The position numbers and the translations under genes were made by a program. From the NCBI GenBank assembly GCA_963665325.3, contig OZ224045.1, positions 2,080,001-2,144,000 on the forward strand: a DNA stretch of 64,000 nucleotides, read 5' to 3'. Of the stretch, positions 39,433 through 47,123 are shown piece by piece (the first letter of the stretch is position 1; each line of letters opens with the position of its first letter). The notes beneath the pieces are model-generated. The model worked only from the letters and a program-made list of their open reading frames with translations. It was not told where the DNA came from and searched no databases. The DNA is from Alphaproteobacteria bacterium. GTDB taxonomy: Bacteria; Pseudomonadota; Alphaproteobacteria; Bin95.

Positions 39433-40340
39433 GGATTTACTCCGTTGGCTTGGTCGGCGCCGGCGGAACGGCGGCGCGAAGATGCAAGGAGGTCGGCAAC
39501 AATGCGGTCGAGGTGGATTTGGTCAGAGGAGGCGCGGTCGATGATTTGACGGACGAGAGTGGTGGGGTTCCTGCTGCTGCTGGTTGCATGGTTTGCGCTG
39601 GAGAGAATGACTGCGACGGCCGCGCCGTGGGCGCGAAGTAAGGTGCGGAGAAGTTGCCAGGTCTTGTCCGAAACCCCAGCGTCGAGACTGAGGTCATGGC
39701 GGGCTTCGCGGATAACCTCGAGCCAGCCTGCGTCGGGTGAAAGTGGCTGCCAATCAGGGTCGATCAGCCGGAGACAGGCATGGACATCTGCAAGGGAAGG
39801 CAAGTGATCGATCGCGTAGGGGGGAGCGGGGTGACGGAGATTGCGTAGCTCTGTGAGAAAGCATGCGCATGCTCTGTCGAGATGGATTTCCTTCGCGTTC
39901 TCGGAGTCTCCCAATGTGTCGGTGAAGTTGTGCCGGGGTTCCGAGGGGAAGGGGCGAATGAGGCCGATCGCATAGGAGAGTATGTCGGCGGCGCTCCCGG
40001 GGCGGTCGCCGATTTCTGTGAAGATGCGCTGGGGCTCGGCGTCGAAGGGACGAAGGAGATCCATTGCGGCGGATAGAATGGAGGCGGTGGCGGCCGCACG
40101 GTCCCCGATTCTGCCGGATACGCGTTGCCAGGCGGTTTGAGGGGAATAGGTAATGCCGAGCCAGGGTTCCGAGATTTCGATGTTGACTTGCTGGGCCCGG
40201 ACCACGAGTTCGTCCCACGTATTGGGAACCGGACCGGGAGCGGCGTAGAGGAAGAGCTCGACAAGGCCGAGGAGATCGCGGAGCACCGGGAACGGCGGCA
40301 GCGAAAACACGGGGCTTTCACGAGGGGGTTCGAGCGTCAT
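39429..40340 (-). CDS. Protein with two RepC C-terminal-like domains
   Basis: TWDELV..AWQRVSGRIGDRAAA and GWLEVI..GVSDKTWQLLRTLLRAHGAAVAVIL resemble RepC LGISPEAWRDAC..ASMAVVIV. Confidence 0.65.
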   Translation of the reverse strand: MTLEPPRESPVFSLPPFPVLRDLLGLVELFLYAAPGPVPNTWDELVVRAQQVNIEISEPWLGITYSPQTAWQRVSGRIGDRAAATASILSAAMDLLRPFDAEPQRIFTEIGDRPGSAADILSYAIGLIRPFPSEPRHNFTDTLGDSENAKEIHLDRACACFLTELRNLRHPAPPYAIDHLPSLADVHACLRLIDPDWQPLSPDAGWLEVIREARHDLSLDAGVSDKTWQLLRTLLRAHGAAVAVILSSANHATSSSRNPTTLVRQIIDRASSDQIHLDRIVADLLASSRRRSAGADQANGVNP

Positions 40341-40507
40341 GTGAGCTGTCCTTTCGGGCGGTCCGGTCGTGGGCTTGAGGCCGTTCTGTGTGTTGGAATG
40401 CTGTGGGCGCTGGCGTAGCCGGTGCTCTGGAAGCGCTTCCGGTCGATGGTGGCGGCCCGGGCCGGCGCCGAATTGAACGGCGCTGCCGCAGGCTGTAGGA
40501 TCGGCCC

Positions 40508-40708
40508 ATGGACAGGTACAGAATCGGTGGCGAGCCGCCCGCCATACCGGGATTCCCGGAGGACTGGCGCGACCGGATCAAGGCCGACCTCGCGGCCCAG
40601 CTTGAGGCCGGGGGCACGCTCTACAGCCTCCGCCCGGACGGTGCCTATGTCGCGCGCACCAGGGAGGGAGACCGGGTGCTCGGTTGGCCCGACTGGGAGT
40701 GCGACTGA
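40508..40708 (+). CDS. Small protein upstream of the zeta-like ATPase (possible partner)
   Basis: 66-aa ORF in operon position. Confidence 0.5.
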   Translation: MDRYRIGGEPPAIPGFPEDWRDRIKADLAAQLEAGGTLYSLRPDGAYVARTREGDRVLGWPDWECD

Positions 40709-40728
40709 CCCGGCAGGCGCCGTTCGCC

Positions 40729-41301
40729 ATGGCAACACTGCATGTGGTTGCCGGCCCGAACGGATGCGGCAAGTCCACCCTGACAAGAATGAGGGGCTTC
40801 GGCGATATCGAGGCCATCGACCCGGACGCCATTGAGCGCGATCAAGGGTCCGGAAACCCGGGCGCGGCCGCCCGCGAGGCGTTGCGCCGGCGGCGGGACG
40901 CACTTGCATCCGGCCGGTCCCACCTGGTGGAAACCACCCTTGCCGGCGCCGGCGTTCTCCGCCACATGGAGGTCGCGCGGAGGGCAGGCTACCGGATCGT
41001 CCTGCACTATGTGTCCGTCGCCTCGTCCGCCCAGGCGCTTGATCGTATCCGCAACCGGGTCGCGTTCGGCGGTCACGATATCCCGGAAGCGGACGTGCGG
41101 CGGCGATTTGCGCGCTCGCACGCCAATCTGCCGGCGGCGATGGTGCGGGCGGACCTGTCTCTGCTCTACGACAACGCCGATTCTGATCGGCCGCATCGGG
41201 CGTTTGCGATTCTGGGCGAGGGGACAAGGTGGATTGCCAATGCGGTTCCAGGTTGGGCGGTCGCGGCTCTCGCCCGGGCCGGGCCGCTACTACCGGGGTG
41301 A
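40729..41301 (+). CDS. Zeta-toxin-like / AAA_33 P-loop kinase
   Basis: VAGPNGCGKST, ETTLAG, RVAFGGHDIPE..RRF, YDN. Confidence 0.85.
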   Translation: MATLHVVAGPNGCGKSTLTRMRGFGDIEAIDPDAIERDQGSGNPGAAAREALRRRRDALASGRSHLVETTLAGAGVLRHMEVARRAGYRIVLHYVSVASSAQALDRIRNRVAFGGHDIPEADVRRRFARSHANLPAAMVRADLSLLYDNADSDRPHRAFAILGEGTRWIANAVPGWAVAALARAGPLLPG

Positions 41302-41375
41302 GACCGGCGGACAATGCCAACCTGCGGTTGGATCGGCCGTTGGTGGAAACGGCCTTTGTGGCTATGGTGGCTATC

Positions 41376-41627
41376 ATGAAACAGATCGCAGCCAGGGATG
41401 CCAAGAACCGCTTCGGGCAATTTCTCGATGCCGCCCAGAGCTCGCCCGTGAGCGTGACCAAAATGGGTCGCCCGGTCGGGGTAATGATGTCGATGCAGCA
41501 CTATGAACGGCTGCGCGGTGCCGCCTGGGAACGTTTGGCTGCGACGATGGATGCAATAGGCGAAGAAGCATCCGCGAACGGTTTGACGGAGGACGGACTC
41601 GAAGCGCTTCTGGCGGATGAGAGCTGA
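41376..41627 (+). CDS. Phd/YefM-family antitoxin
   Basis: ARDAKNRFGQFLDAAQ..PVSVTKMGRPV. Confidence 0.9.
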   Translation: MKQIAARDAKNRFGQFLDAAQSSPVSVTKMGRPVGVMMSMQHYERLRGAAWERLAATMDAIGEEASANGLTEDGLEALLADES

Positions 41628-42039
41628 CCGCGTTGTTGCCGATACCAACGTCCTGATCAGCGCGGTGCTGCGCCCTCAGGGACCGCCGCGCGCAGCGATC
41701 GATGCGGTCAGGCTGGAGAACGGTGTTCTCCTGTTGTCTGAGGGGACCCCGATGGAGCTTCGGACGCGGATTTTGGGCCGGAAGTTCGATCGTTATGTCG
41801 GCCGGGATGTGCGGACAGCGTGGGTGGCCCAGCTTGAAGCGGTCTCGGAATGGATTCCGGTCTTTGGCGCAAGGCTCGGGTGTCGGGATCCGGCCGACGA
41901 CAAGCTGCTTGAGACGGCCCTGATGGGCGATGCCGGCTGCCTGATTACGGGTGACCGGGACCTCTTGGCGATGTCGCCGTTTCGCGGGATTCCTGTGCTG
42001 ACGCCGGCTGCTTTCCTGGACAGCGTGAGGAGCGGATAG
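41617..42039 (+). CDS. PIN-domain toxin
   Basis: VVADTNVLISA, CRDPADDKLLETA, LITGDRDLL. Confidence 0.9.
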   Translation: MRADRVVADTNVLISAVLRPQGPPRAAIDAVRLENGVLLLSEGTPMELRTRILGRKFDRYVGRDVRTAWVAQLEAVSEWIPVFGARLGCRDPADDKLLETALMGDAGCLITGDRDLLAMSPFRGIPVLTPAAFLDSVRSG

Positions 42040-42059
42040 CGCCAATCGGGACAGGCCTG

Positions 42060-44081
42060 TCACAAGCCAGTCTCCAAGCTGACGGAATCAGACACCTCGA
42101 ACGAGGTCCTGGACCGGTAGAGGAGCGAATTGTGGGGGAACAGTTCCGGGAGAGACCCGGGGCGTGTGGCTTCGTGGAACACGATCCTGGCGAAGTCCTT
42201 GCGGTTCCGTTCCTCTTCGAAGGCAGTTGCCGCGAGCGCGGCGGCGGCGGCCCGGCGGGGGCCGAGAATTCGGCAGGCGCGCTGCCAGTCGTTCTCCGAG
42301 AGACCCAGCCGCCCGGTGGCAAGGCCGTGTGCGGCCGCGGTCAGCTCGTCCCAGTCCAGTTCGGAGCCGTCGTCGATGCGCTCGCGTATCGAACGGGGGC
42401 CGTGCCGCTTCATGACTTCCGGGCCGGGCAGAAGTTCGGGAGCTGCGGGCTGGAATTCACCGTTCTCGAGCGCGGCGACGACGGCCAGGTCGATCTCGGC
42501 CTCGATCGCGGAGAGAGCCCGTGCATGGATGCCGTGAAACCAGTTCCTGTCGTATTGGCTCCTCAGCGCGGCGATCCGGTGGATGAGGCGGGGCTCCGGG
42601 GCGAGGTGCGGGCGCGGCGCGGCATACAGGACCGCGGCGGCCGCGCCTCTGGGCCCGACTTTGTCTTCGAGACGGGCCCAGGTCTCGTCGTCGATGTCGA
42701 GCGTCTGTCGGCCCAGCCGTCGGGCATTGTCGATCACCGAGTCCCAGCCGTGGCACTGGCCGGGAGCGGCGGAGACAGGCGCCCATTGCGTTTCGGGGAT
42801 GCGTCCCCGGATGTCGTGGATGTCGGGGACCGGCTTGAGAGGCTCTGTGAAGGCGATGGCTGCCGGAGAAGTGCCGAACCCGTCTCCAGCGGAGACGATC
42901 TCGTCGAGATCGAGTGTGCCAGCGCGGGCCAAGCGTATCGCCGACTCGAAACAGAGCTCGGCCAGGCCGTAATGCCGGGGACTCCAGTTATCCCAAGACA
43001 GAGCCAGCATGGCGACGACCGTGAAGGCGCGCTGTCCCAGCAGCTCCTTCGCCTCCGACAGGTCGGGCTTGTTGGCGAACCGGTACCGGTTCGGAAGATG
43101 GATGCGCACCATCCGGTCGTAGAGATTGTGCCAGGAGCACATGTCCGTGTCCGGGCCTGTCGGCGAGTGCGGGCAGCGGCGTCTGTACAGTTCGCGGGCC
43201 CGCTCCAGCGACGGGGTCCGGACGTCCAGGGTTCCGGAGTTCGGGAGGAGGGACAGCCGCGCGGTTGCCTGGACGAGCTTGCGGGCGGTCCGGTCGAGGG
43301 TGGCGGGCTTCTTGAGCGCGGCGGCGACCGTGCCGCGCAACGAGCCCGCAGGGTCGGAGACGAGCTCGAGCGACTGCTTGGCCATTGCGATGATGGCGGC
43401 CGCAGCCGCGCCGTGCCGCCCGAGCTGCGTCCGGGCCTGCCGCCAGTCCTCTCTCGGGACGAGCCGGTCGAAGAGGGCGATGCGGCGGGCCTGGTGGATG
43501 ACCTGGGGCCAGAGGGGCGCCTGGCGGTCCGGCCCCGGCGGATGGATATGGCGAAGGAGAGTCGCCAGGACATTCGGGTCGGGAAGGCCAGGCGCCGCGA
43601 CTGCGGGCTCCGTCTCGTACCGGACTGCCGCGAGCAGCTCTTCCGCCCGGGCCCGCAGGTCGCAATCGCCCCGCGCCAGTGCGCTCAGGGTCTCGTCGAG
43701 CGCAGTCGGTCCCGGCAGGGTTCCGAGGTCCAGAGATTCGGCGACATCGGCAAGAATGACGGCTGCTGCTGCGGCTTCCGGGCCGACCTTGCGGGCATGG
43801 GCCTTGAAATGATCCTCGGGCTCTTCGACGTAGAGGTGCGATGGGGTTATCGGACCGCTGTCCCCGTCATCGAAATGGTGGAAGGGACTGCCCGGATATC
43901 CGGCCCAGAGGAAAGGAAGAATGTGGGGCGCCAGGCGTGCGAGGTCCTCCGGGGTTTCGGGCGGGCCGCCCGGGAGCACCCGGGGAGCGGCCTGCGACCA
44001 GGGCAGCAGCTGGCGCAGGGTCTCCAGTGAGGGAAGGGGGACGGGCGGCCGGTTCCCGGCCGCGATGTCGGTGTCGGTCAT
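42060..44081 (-). CDS. 673-aa protein of five tandem RepC C-terminal-like domains
   Basis: Five units of about 125-150 aa, each with LP..L..W....A....W.....(L/V)G..(G)AAAA. Confidence 0.72.
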   Translation of the reverse strand: MTDTDIAAGNRPPVPLPSLETLRQLLPWSQAAPRVLPGGPPETPEDLARLAPHILPFLWAGYPGSPFHHFDDGDSGPITPSHLYVEEPEDHFKAHARKVGPEAAAAAVILADVAESLDLGTLPGPTALDETLSALARGDCDLRARAEELLAAVRYETEPAVAAPGLPDPNVLATLLRHIHPPGPDRQAPLWPQVIHQARRIALFDRLVPREDWRQARTQLGRHGAAAAAIIAMAKQSLELVSDPAGSLRGTVAAALKKPATLDRTARKLVQATARLSLLPNSGTLDVRTPSLERARELYRRRCPHSPTGPDTDMCSWHNLYDRMVRIHLPNRYRFANKPDLSEAKELLGQRAFTVVAMLALSWDNWSPRHYGLAELCFESAIRLARAGTLDLDEIVSAGDGFGTSPAAIAFTEPLKPVPDIHDIRGRIPETQWAPVSAAPGQCHGWDSVIDNARRLGRQTLDIDDETWARLEDKVGPRGAAAAVLYAAPRPHLAPEPRLIHRIAALRSQYDRNWFHGIHARALSAIEAEIDLAVVAALENGEFQPAAPELLPGPEVMKRHGPRSIRERIDDGSELDWDELTAAAHGLATGRLGLSENDWQRACRILGPRRAAAAALAATAFEEERNRKDFARIVFHEATRPGSLPELFPHNSLLYRSRTSFEVSDSVSLETGL

Positions 44082-44905
44082 GGTTTTTCGCCCTTGAGCT
44101 CGCGGGACTTGATGAACGCGGTCGTGCCTTCATGTGTGGAAAGCTGCTTCAGGATCTTGTCGGGCAACTCTTCCGGGACCGGTCCGGGATGTTCGAGGAT
44201 TTCGTTTACCGTGATGCACACGGCGATCACCGCGCCGAACTCGTCCTGGCGACGGCAAAGGGTCTTCCAGACGCGCGGCGATATCCGGAACTCGGGCAGG
44301 GCCCGCTTCGTCGCCGCGATCACGGTCTTGCAGTCCAGCCTGCCGAGAGGCGGCATGAACCGCGCGAGAGGCACGGGCATGCGGCTGACCGCCAGGGCGG
44401 CCAGCCAATGATCGATATCGGCCGGCGCAAGCGCGTCGCGCTCGGCTTCGGTCATCGTCTCGATCTTTTCGACGAGCGCGTGCGCTTCCCTGATCGAGGG
44501 GGGCATGCGCTCCCGTCCCCGTATCTCCACGGGCGGGAGATCGGCGAAAGCTGCGGGAGATATTGCCTGGAGCGGGGTATCGGAGGATCCGGGATCGTTG
44601 TCGTTCCCGATCTCGACCGGCACGAAAGCTCCGATCTCTCTGAGCCGGTGCGCATATTCCAGAAACTCGGCCTCGGTCAGTCCCAGTGCCATCATGGCTT
44701 GCTGCGGTGTCACGGTTGATACGGGACGCCCGCCCGCGAGCCATTCCTTCTCGTCGATGCTGCCAATCCAGTATTCCAGCAGGCGGACCGGCCCTTCCGG
44801 ATCGCTGCCCAGCCCCGCGCGCGCCGCAACAGCGGGGAGTCGCAGAAGCCGGATAACCTCCCGGGGGTCGGTGTCGTTTGGCAAGCCGTTGGCGAGGTCA
44901 GGCAT
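44078..44905 (-). CDS. Compact RepC-like protein (winged-helix-like N part plus RepC C-like part)
   Basis: LLEYWIGSIDEKEWLAGGRPV..ALGLT..HRLREIG parallels RepC YLRLSFKKLFRNDFEPGDCPPTV..KLDLS..KDLARAG; ISPRVWKTLC..GAVIAV. Confidence 0.65.
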   Translation of the reverse strand: MPDLANGLPNDTDPREVIRLLRLPAVAARAGLGSDPEGPVRLLEYWIGSIDEKEWLAGGRPVSTVTPQQAMMALGLTEAEFLEYAHRLREIGAFVPVEIGNDNDPGSSDTPLQAISPAAFADLPPVEIRGRERMPPSIREAHALVEKIETMTEAERDALAPADIDHWLAALAVSRMPVPLARFMPPLGRLDCKTVIAATKRALPEFRISPRVWKTLCRRQDEFGAVIAVCITVNEILEHPGPVPEELPDKILKQLSTHEGTTAFIKSRELKGEKP

Positions 44906-46598
44906 GGTGCAGTTCCGTTTCCCTTTCAGCTCTGCGGCTGCTGTTTCCTCCGGTGCGGACCGTTGCTTGCTCTGCAAGGAGCTGCTCGTAGTGGCGCTCG
45001 ACTTCGTCGAGATACGGCCAGCAGCGATATCGGGAGACCAGCTCTCGCCAGGCCAGAAGAAGACCGCGCGGGTCTGCGGCGGTCCGGCAGATGGCTGCCA
45101 TGGTCGCCTGGTCGGCCCGCTGCCCGCCGACTCGCAGCGGTACGGGTCGAAGGCTGGGCTCCGGACCGGGGATGGAATGTTCTTCCTCTGTTGCTGGCGC
45201 GACCCGGTCGACGTGAAGCTGCTCGCTGCGCTCGATCGCGCCCCATAGCGAGCCCGCAAGGTTGAGAGTTCCCTTCCGGGCCCGCTCCGTCAGCTTCCGG
45301 AAATAGCCGCCGGCGCTGGTGTGGATCTCGCCGGCGTCGTCCCGCGAGGCGACGATCACGACCGCCATGGATGCCCAGGCAGGCGAGAGAGCCGTACAGG
45401 CGTCGCGCCAGGCTTCGGGCGATATCCCGAGTTCGCTGCGGGTCCGCGCGGCGGCCTCGAAGAACTCCTCTGCGGTCGGAGGCCGCCCGGCAGGCAGGAA
45501 ACGCGACTGGCGCGGGCTGAGGGAGTCCAGGATGAGCCACGCCGGCGGTCCTCCGGGGACCGGCGAGCGGCCGAGGCCGGAGGGACTACCGTCTCCCCTT
45601 TCCGGCGAAGGGCGGGCGGCAGGCGCTGTGCGCGGTTTCGGAGAAGGCTCTGTCGGTGGGTCTGCCGCTACAAGAGTACTCTCTTGGAATTGGTCTGTAA
45701 TTGAATTGGACCCTGTCGTCAGAGGGTACCCCAGGGTGAAAATTTCAGCATCTTTTTCGGATTCAGGCGGTGCGGAGACAGAGGGTTCGACCTCCTCCAC
45801 GATCGGCAGTTCGCCAGCATCCAGGCGCGGTTCGGTGAGTGTGCGAGCCTGGTGCTCAACGTCGAGGGCCTCGTCCCGAAGAGAACGAAGGATGGCGATG
45901 TTGGAGCGGTCGATACGCTTCGCGTCGGGGAGCGCCAGGACACGGGCGAGCAACGGCTGGAGTGCGCCTGCGGGCGCCTCGTCCCTGCGCAGCGCGGCCT
46001 GGAGAAGAATCCGAGTGTGGCAGCGGATGGTCGAAATCCTGTGGACCAGGCCCTCGCTCTCGATCTCCTCTTCCTCGGCCAGCAGCTGCGCGTCATCGAC
46101 TTCATCGGCGATGGCGTCCAGGGGGGCGAAGGTCACGCCATTGGCCCAGCGGATGCGGCCGTCCTGCTTGCTGCGCTTGCCGTCGCGGCGCCGGCTGGCC
46201 GTGTCGGTCCAGTAAAGGAAGCCGGCCCGAGCGAGATCCTTCTCGATGTTGGAGACGGTGCGCGGGCTGAGGTCCAGCTTCTCGGCAAGTTTCCGTTTGC
46301 TTATCCAGACGGTGGGCGGGCAGTCGCCCGGCTCGAAGTCGTTCCGGAAAAGCTTCTTGAACGACAGACGGAGATATTCGACATGGACGGGCTTCAAGCC
46401 GAAGCGCTCCCGGACGCGCCTGACCTCGAGGCGGGCGTGAAGCGCCCAATGGTCGAGGCCGTCCTCGCGGCCCGTCCAGGCCTCGGCGGCATCGCGTGCA
46501 CGGTCGAACTCGGGCTTGTGGAGTCGGCAGCCGGTGGAACCGGGGCCGCGCGGGGTGTTGCCGCTGCGAGAGCGGCCTGTACCGTCTTGTTCTGACAT
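44898..46598 (-). CDS. repC: RepABC-type replication initiator RepC
   Basis: PTVWISKRKLA..LARAGFL..D...RRDGKR..GVTFAPL; C-terminal LGISPEAWRDAC..SAGGYFRKLTERARKGTLNL. Confidence 0.88.
   Translation of the reverse strand: MSEQDGTGRSRSGNTPRGPGSTGCRLHKPEFDRARDAAEAWTGREDGLDHWALHARLEVRRVRERFGLKPVHVEYLRLSFKKLFRNDFEPGDCPPTVWISKRKLAEKLDLSPRTVSNIEKDLARAGFLYWTDTASRRRDGKRSKQDGRIRWANGVTFAPLDAIADEVDDAQLLAEEEEIESEGLVHRISTIRCHTRILLQAALRRDEAPAGALQPLLARVLALPDAKRIDRSNIAILRSLRDEALDVEHQARTLTEPRLDAGELPIVEEVEPSVSAPPESEKDAEIFTLGYPLTTGSNSITDQFQESTLVAADPPTEPSPKPRTAPAARPSPERGDGSPSGLGRSPVPGGPPAWLILDSLSPRQSRFLPAGRPPTAEEFFEAAARTRSELGISPEAWRDACTALSPAWASMAVVIVASRDDAGEIHTSAGGYFRKLTERARKGTLNLAGSLWGAIERSEQLHVDRVAPATEEEHSIPGPEPSLRPVPLRVGGQRADQATMAAICRTAADPRGLLLAWRELVSRYRCWPYLDEVERHYEQLLAEQATVRTGGNSSRRAERETELHHA
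45665..45765. other. Candidate oriV inside repC
   Basis: Locally AT-rich stretch with a GANTC site and the palindrome CAAGAGTACTCTCTTG, in the position known for repABC origins. Confidence 0.45.
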
Positions 46599-46656
46599 GA
46601 TTTTCGACGCTCGGCGGCGTCCATGCCTCGATCCCCACTTTTTTCGCTTTCCCGGC

Positions 46657-46685
46657 TTGACTGGGCAGACCGGGGGGGTTACCTT
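46657..46685 (+). promoter_or_regulatory. Promoter of the antisense RNA upstream of repC
   Basis: TTGACT-N17-TACCTT, opposite to repC. Confidence 0.6.
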
Positions 46686-46691
46686 CCGCGC

Positions 46692-46800
46692 TTGAGGCGC
46701 TTCGGAAGGTCCTTGATTGTCGTGTGGGGACTGAAGCTTCAGTCCGATTTTCGGGCTAAGATCGGGGGGCGGAAAGGGCATTCCGCTCCCCGCTTTCTTT
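46692..46800 (+). ncRNA. Putative counter-transcribed (ctRNA/incA-like) antisense RNA
   Basis: Promoter, an internal 18-bp palindrome and a GGGGGCGGAA/TTCCGCTCCCC hairpin with T tract; same layout as repABC ctRNAs. Confidence 0.55.
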
Positions 46801-46875
46801 AACCGCTTGACCGCTGAGGGCTAACCGAGCACAATTCTCCGGCTCCTAAGGTTAGAAGCCTGCCGGCTGTGGTGG

Positions 46876-47046
46876 CTAAGACAGGAGCATGTGCCAGCCC
46901 GGCGGGATCGCGGCGCCATCTTCGGGCTCCAGGTCCTGTCGCCCGAGCGTCTTTTGGAACAACAGCACGGGGGCTGCCGCCGCTACATCGCTGTCGGTCT
47001 GGCGGGTGCCGATATGGCTGCGGATATCGGCAAGATCGTCGGGCAT
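46876..47046 (-). pseudogene. Truncated 5' part of a MaoC/HTD2-type (mesaconyl-CoA hydratase-like) gene; probable integration junction
   Basis: MPDDLADIRSHIGTRQTDSDVAAAAPV..LGR..GAAIPPGWHMLLS then stop; absent from the ORF track (56 aa). Confidence 0.7.
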
Positions 47047-47123
47047 GGGTCGCGTTTCCCCCTTGTCTCGTGTCTCGTCGCGACTCTATCACAGCGATTG
47101 CAGCGCGAGGAAAGCGCCAGCGG

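Larger units (their letters stand above)
1..46885 (-). mobile_element. Integrated plasmid/ICE-like element (extends beyond the window start)
   Basis: repC, par genes, SNO helicase, RadC, MTase and TA pairs; abrupt switch to housekeeping genes at a truncated gene. Confidence 0.8.

Noticed and set aside
1-46885. Prophage
   Set aside because: No capsid, tail, portal or large terminase genes; content is plasmid/ICE-like. Conjugation genes are also absent from this window, so transfer ability is unproven
46800-47123. tRNA as integration site
   Set aside because: No cloverleaf or T-loop motif; a truncated protein gene explains the region
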